A DNA stretch of 64,000 bases. It comes from Piedraia hortae CBS 480.64. Lineage: Eukaryota. Below, piece by piece: positions 58,243 to 64,000 of this stretch (position 1 is the stretch's first letter; every line of letters begins with the position of its first letter). Position numbers and translations under genes: made by a program. The stretch is from the NCBI GenBank assembly GCA_010093745.1, contig MU005988.1:1-64000 (forward strand). Reading direction: 5' to 3'. The notes beneath the pieces are model-generated. The model was given only the letters and a program-made list of their open reading frames with translations. It was not told the DNA's origin and ran no database searches.

Positions 58243-60781
58243 TTACCAGCTATGCGTCTTGGCAAGTGACGTAGTCAATTTTGTTCCTGCTCAGTTTTAA
58301 TTATTCGTGTTGCCATGCTAGCCTATTATCGAAAGCGTCATTTCGCACCCTCGCATTTTCTGCCTGTTGTCAAGGTTGTGGGATTTCGGTTTCATGCCTT
58401 GTCAGGATCTCAGTCCCAGTTCCAGTCATGTGGCTTCGGCACGGCCCGTGATATCTTACACCACCAAGACAGTTGATCTTTCGCTCTTCACGCGTTGTAC
58501 TAGTCTTTTAGGCAGTATAGTGCAGCGTACACCGTATAGCTCCGTCCCTTGTACCCTCCGATCTCTCGGGTCTGACATGCCTTTGAGGGTTTTCCGTTCC
58601 AACCCCCCCATTTGCAACAATCAGATAAGACGTGAAGTCTGGTGGAAAAGGTGTGTGTAGCTGTGTATGTCTCTTCGTGCTGAGAGCTAATGCAACGTCC
58701 TCCACAGACCCACAGTTGGCCAGACCGCATTTGCCGAGACCACGCGATGACGTGACCTCGTCACGCGGGAACACTCCTTTATGAGGCAGAAAACCATGCG
58801 AAGCCTTGGGCGTTCTAACTACCACTGATCTAACCCATCTGACACAGGGCTCACCATGCTACCCACCACCTTGTCACAGTTTGCATGCAAGAATCAGAAC
58901 AACGTAGGATGGCGCTAGAATAGAAGAGATTGCATGTGGCGCTTAAGCCTTTGCTGGTCTTGTGCACTTAAGTAACTCTGATATTTGGTCTAAAATCACA
59001 GTTTTAGGCTGTTGCCATGGCGCATTGTTCATGGGAACCCAAAACTTTTACGGTTTCAGTATTGCCGTTACGAAAACAAAGCGATATTTCGGGAGCAGGA
59101 TGTGTAAATGGAATTATTGAGACGATGAGTCCGAATCTTCGGCTGCCTTCTCCTTTTATTCTTTGAGATAGGCCAAGAGGGCCGCGCCATACCACAAAGC
59201 TAAGTACGCAGACTGTTACTCCGGTGAATCATAGAATTTGATCAACACATCCCATATTCGGCATGACCGACGAGAGGAAAGTTGAATTGCAGGGACCGGT
59301 GCCGAGGTCTGTTGCCGATCCTCCAACGCACTTCTTATTCTTTTGAACTGACACCTTGTTTGGCACATTTGGGCGTGTTCCCCCTCGTCAGGAAAACTAA
59401 GTCTGCTGTTCAGTTCAGCATCAAACGAAATTTCTATTTCCAGACCATTTAGTGAGCGCTTTGGGGACAGTGATCGGTTTCGAATGTAGAGGTTTTTGTA
59501 TTTGCGCCTGATGCAGGTCGTCTAATAGTAACAGACGATCCCTTGGGATGCATTCCAGTGTTTGACCCACTTGTCATCGAGGCAAGAGAACTCGTTTTCC
59601 CCAGACTTCAAGCCGTCTAGCCCAAGCTCTACAATGAGGATAAGAGCCTGAAAAGATTCAAAACCCTTTTGCCGTGCTTGAGCTCGCCTCCAAGTCAAGC
59701 GTAGCAACGTCATCTCATAGCCCTCGTTCATCCTTTGGATCCACCAGATGCGGCTTGGATATATAACATGAAGACATTTGTGTATTTTAGCATTTCCACC
59801 TGAGGCATGATGCCCTGGCACATACAGACCAGACTCACAGCGTCAAGCGGCGTCAGATATTTCATAATTTCATCATGAACGATGTCCACATGCATGAAAT
59901 CTTTCAATATGGTGGGAACCTTGTGTCGGGTTCAAGTATCGCTGCTAGCGCGTATGCGGGGCACTTGCATAGCAAGTCAGCGATACCTCCTACACTACCA
60001 GCTGCACGCTAGGTTTTTTTCCTTCGCAGAGTTTTTCTCTCAGGGCCATGTCATATGTGACATGGCGAATGCGCCCTGATAGTGTACGACGTGATGTCAC
60101 CGCCCCACCGGTACAGAATTTTTATTCTGAACGTCCCCTCAATGAGATAGATAGTCATTTTTACACTGTCATATCGACACTGGTATTGACTCATATCCAT
60201 CTGCATCTGTCCTGCTCCTGTTGTCGATTTCCGTCTATCGCTTCGTCCTCTTAGTTCAGGCCGCTGCGCACACCCGTCCACCAGAGCCCTATCGCTACAC
60301 CTTGTTCTTCTCTAGAAGACGCTTGCAATTTTGGAGCATCATCTTGGAAACGGTGTGCGGGAGAAAGGCCGGTGCCCGTTTTATGCTTTTCAGCAGTCAA
60401 TATTTGGTTGTCTCTATCCTAGACGGTCAGCATCCAGATAGATGAGGCAAGTTGTCTTTTGTCCATCTTCTTTCGGAGTTTTCAGATACAACTTGGCATT
60501 GAGTAGATCGGTTTGAGAAGACACCTTGCACAATGGCACACCCTGATTGTATGAGAATAAACTTCATTTCAAGAGTTGCTTGATGGCGCTTGCGCTATGT
60601 AAGGCCCCTTTGAATGGTTGTGTAGTAACATTTGCTCAATTAGCTCACGTGAACGTGAAGTATCTATGGAAAGAATTCTTTTCAAGAAACACGCGCATCT
60701 GCCGTGGTTCTTTATCCGAGCGTGCTGGTAGGTCCCATCTTTAAAAGCTGCAACATCGCCCAAATACGGGTAAGGTGCAAA

Positions 60782-61456
60782 ATGGCCAGGCACGGGCGGT
60801 CCCCAAGCGTTTCGCTGATATGGTGTGCGTTAAGTGAGGCCTTCACAGCGTAATCCGAAAAGATCATAAATTTGATATCAGCATCGAAAGGCAAAGAAGC
60901 TTGCAAGAAGGTCGAGAGAATCATCGACATGACGTTTGAAAAGGCATGCAATGCACAGCCACGTTTTGCGGGCATGTATACAGAATTCTGCTCCAAGTTG
61001 CGCAAGGCTTTGAAAGGAAATACCTATCATAAAGACCTACTGAAAAACAAGTGTCTCCTCTTGAAGTCGATACTTTATCGCTTGTTGGAATGGTGTCAAG
61101 TGGAGTTCGAACAGGATTGGGAAACCAGCCATTTCAAGGTTCGGGTGAGTCTGCGTGAACTTGGCCTTCTTCGCTTCAATGATGAATTGTACAATTAAGG
61201 AAAATTGATGACACTTTGTATCATCCATACTTGCGTGACAACCATAGCTCGCAACAATAACTTTGGTGGCGGTGCCGTGGTAGAAGCACTATCTACTTTG
61301 ATGCAGATCATTGGAGCCAAGTATGCGAAGGAATGTCCCCAGCATCTACCGTCGTCCTCTCATTCTTAACTGACGAACAATTTCAGAAACAGTCCGGGTA
61401 GGAACAGTCGGCACAGAGCACTGTTGTTGGTGTTTGCGAAGCTAAGGGAAGTGTGA
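60782..61456 (+). pseudogene. Second eIF4G-like MIF4G remnant
   Basis: IIDMTFEKAC..PRFAGMYTEFC..LLEWCQVEFE..LGLLRFNDELYN*GKL..IIHTCV..VEALSTLMQIIGA..SRHRALLL. TAA at 60851 and 61196, and a frameshift near 61360. Confidence 0.85.
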
Positions 61457-61735
61457 AGCTTGCGGTCAAGTTATTCAAACACCTGCCTTGCCAAAAGAGG
61501 GATTGTGAAAACAGCAATGCTGGACACCAAACCTAGTTCAGTATCTCAGCCCTGCATGGACCCGCTCCAGCCTTCATCATATATGTTGACCCACAATCAG
61601 GTGTGAAATTCGTTAATATCATCGACCTATCAAGGTTTGAATATGATCACTCCAACATGTCAGCCCCTTATAGTTTTGCCCCTCAACTAAATGGTATATT
61701 TTTGACAGAATATCTCGATTTAAATCACATATCTC

Positions 61736-64000
61736 TCAATTCTTCAACCCCTCCAACACCTCTTGCAGCCTCTCATACCCCGGCGTATCCTCCCAATTAT
61801 CTCTTGCCTTCCCCATCACATTCCTGACCGCGCTACAGGCCTTGAACTTCCACTCGTCTTCCTCCCCGAGACCCTGATATGCCTCACACAGCTCCGTCGT
61901 TGCTGTGACAACGTTCTCCCACTTTGACTCCACATCTTCCCAGCCAGGTTGATCGACGACGGCCCTCCACGCTTTCTCCTCTGCATCCAGTGCCTGACAC
62001 CGCTTTCCCTGCCAGAGCCGAATCTTGGCGAGAAGTTTCCACAGCTTCGCGCTGGTGGTGATGACGGGAACGACTTTCTCTTCTATGAAGGCTGCAAAAA
62101 CCCGGCCGAGACCTGGCTCGCCAGGTGAGAATGTAGAGACAGTGTAGCCAGCGATACGGGATAGGACGGCGGTATCTAGGGACGTTTCGGCGGGACGAAG
62201 TTCGAGAATGTGACGCTGCGCGGTGAGGGCGGCGGTATAATCCCCTAGAGAGGTCGAGACAAGCATGACATTGGACCAGATGCGGTGGTCGGTATGTTGT
62301 AGCGATGCAGCGCGTTGGAAGGCCAAGAGGGATTCTTTTTCGTGTGATACTTCGTCGTTGCGCTTGCCGTTCTTCCCTTCGCCTTGTCTGAGGAGCGCAG
62401 CACCCAAATTGCTCCACGCTTCAGCGTTTTCGTCGTCGAGTTGTACTGTTCTCTTGTATGCTTCGACAGCTTCATCCCACTTCTCCAATTGCATGAGACA
62501 CCCACCTAGCGCGAACCACGTGGGCGTATATAGTCGCGCTATCGTGAGTGATTTCTCGTAAGCCGCGGCGGCGTCTTCGTACATTCGCTTCGCTAGAAGG
62601 GAGTTTCCGAGGGAGCGTTGTGCACGCGCGTAGTGATTTCCACTGACCTGCCATGCTTTCTCGTACAGACTGGGGTCCTGTTCTAGGTCACCTAGGATGC
62701 AGAGTAACCGGGGAGCGTCTTGGGGGAGATTTTTGTCGTCCACCTGTATGGAAACTTCGTTACCATACAGCTGCTTCCTTATCACCTTGCTCGCGAGATC
62801 TGACCGGTCAGTTCCCGCCCAGCAGAGTGCAACCTCGGCCCACATCTCCAGCCTCTCATAGATCTGCAGCGCAGACTTCAGCCCTCCAAGCGCGACCCAG
62901 CGCGCCGCGAGTAAGGCTTCCAACTCCCACCGCACGGGAGTTCCTAGTTGGAAGATATATCGTAGCCTCTCTGAGGCTGGGGCGGAGGATTCTTGGGACC
63001 GAGGGAGGAAAGTCCCACTGCCACCATTGCGATCGCCCCCCATGGTCTCAGCTACAACCTCATCCACAAGCGCCTGCAATTGCAGGAGGCCTCTCTCGGT
63101 TGTCCTAGATTTGTACCCCTCGATTGTGGAACGTACCAACAGTGCCTGTGTGTAAATCTGCCAGTTAGAGCTTCCGCTTGCTATGACGCGTTCAGCGTAA
63201 GGAAAGGTTTCTTCTCTGGTCAATCCGTGGGAAGGGGATGTGTTCGTGATGGCGCTAGCTAGGGTGAGGAGAATTATGGAGTCAAGGGGATGAAGTCTGG
63301 GTTGATTAGAGGGATCGAGGCCTTGAAGGACTGGCGGTAGGGTGGAAGTGTCCGCTTGCTCAGCAGTGAAGGATATTCGCTCCAGGAGCGTATCATCGTT
63401 CAGATCGAGGGGGCGTGGATGAGACGCCCCTTCAGATAGCGGCGCTTCCACAGCGCTTTTTGCGAGGACAACAAGTTGGCTTGTATCTTTTTCCTGGAAT
63501 TTTGTCCGCTTCCCTAGGAGGCCGGTCAAGGCAAAGGTGAAACCTCGCAATTTGATGCACTTTTCTAGGTCTCGTCGTGCAGGCTTGTCACGGCCGAAAT
63601 GCAAATTAATATTCGCCCGTTCGAGCAACAACTCGACTGATTCCGGAAGTTGTACTTCGAGTTGGGCAAAGTCGGTGAATATAGAATTCTGGAGAGTGGG
63701 GGATGATTCGGTGAGAATTCGCTGATGCATGAAAGTAACCCGAAGCCTAACCCATAGGGCTGCCGGCTCTAACTGCAGCGGTACGGAGAAGATAATATTT
63801 GCCAGAGCAAAGAGTTCGATATTTGGGGTCAGGTTATATGCTGCCACCCCGTCCACGGACAATTGCTTGAGGAGTTTGGACTGCACAGCTTGCAATTCTT
63901 GTGCGTTTCCAGAGATTTCTCGTGGGAAGATAATTTTAGCAGGATCGAACGTAAGCGACGGTCCAGTGATGTTGGATTGCATAAACGCGAGAAGTGCGGC
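61736..64000 (-). CDS. EMW1: TPR protein Emw1/TTC27 (5' end lies beyond the window)
   Basis: QSNITGP, LTGLLGKRTKFQ..SQLVVLA, LNDDTLLE, SNWQIY..LLVRS, ERGLLQLQALVD, SALQIYERLEMW, ARAQRSLG, AWSNL. Confidence 0.9.
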   Translation of the reverse strand, partial: AALLAFMQSNITGPSLTFDPAKIIFPREISGNAQELQAVQSKLLKQLSVDGVAAYNLTPNIELFALANIIFSVPLQLEPAALWVRLRVTFMHQRILTESSPTLQNSIFTDFAQLEVQLPESVELLLERANINLHFGRDKPARRDLEKCIKLRGFTFALTGLLGKRTKFQEKDTSQLVVLAKSAVEAPLSEGASHPRPLDLNDDTLLERISFTAEQADTSTLPPVLQGLDPSNQPRLHPLDSIILLTLASAITNTSPSHGLTREETFPYAERVIASGSSNWQIYTQALLVRSTIEGYKSRTTERGLLQLQALVDEVVAETMGGDRNGGSGTFLPRSQESSAPASERLRYIFQLGTPVRWELEALLAARWVALGGLKSALQIYERLEMWAEVALCWAGTDRSDLASKVIRKQLYGNEVSIQVDDKNLPQDAPRLLCILGDLEQDPSLYEKAWQVSGNHYARAQRSLGNSLLAKRMYEDAAAAYEKSLTIARLYTPTWFALGGCLMQLEKWDEAVEAYKRTVQLDDENAEAWSNLGAALLRQGEGKNGKRNDEVSHEKESLLAFQRAASLQHTDHRIWSNVMLVSTSLGDYTAALTAQRHILELRPAETSLDTAVLSRIAGYTVSTFSPGEPGLGRVFAAFIEEKVVPVITTSAKLWKLLAKIRLWQGKRCQALDAEEKAWRAVVDQPGWEDVESKWENVVTATTELCEAYQGLGEEDEWKFKACSAVRNVMGKARDNWEDTPGYERLQEVLEGLKN

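Noticed and set aside
30824..61198. Idea that the premature stops in the pseudogenes are all corrected by RNA editing
   Set aside because: The GLC3 TAG and second-MIF4G TAA fall where I would expect Glu and Leu rather than Trp, and these loci also have frameshifts or truncation.

Overview
Eukaryotic DNA from a filamentous ascomycete (Dothideomycete-like by my judgement), with very short GT-AG introns of about 43-65 nt and CTAAC/CTGAC branch sites. Conserved genes: a divergent B-type-like cyclin, a BTB protein, an NRPS-like A-T-R reductase, a RING protein, a chitin synthase, a group III G-alpha, HOG1, AVL9, a WRN-like exonuclease, RPP0, ERG5, a Scn1/TatD-like hydrolase and EMW1/TTC27 (partial). 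Between them lie gene-poor stretches (about 24.5-33.9, 42-52.5 and 54.5-61.6 kb) holding lineage-specific duplicates and decayed genes: two bZIP-like paralogs sharing an unusual C-terminal motif, a decayed cyclin paralog, two disrupted stand-alone eIF4G-like MIF4G genes, a glycogen branching enzyme fragment and a glycine-zipper pseudogene. Two about 97%-identical LTR copies and a copia-type LTR/PBS junction are also present. I found no tRNA, rRNA or CRISPR. All calls are by eye, with no database searches. I cannot demonstrate a new system. The best leads are the bZIP pair with clustered AP-1/CRE sites, the MIF4G pair and the divergent cyclin family.
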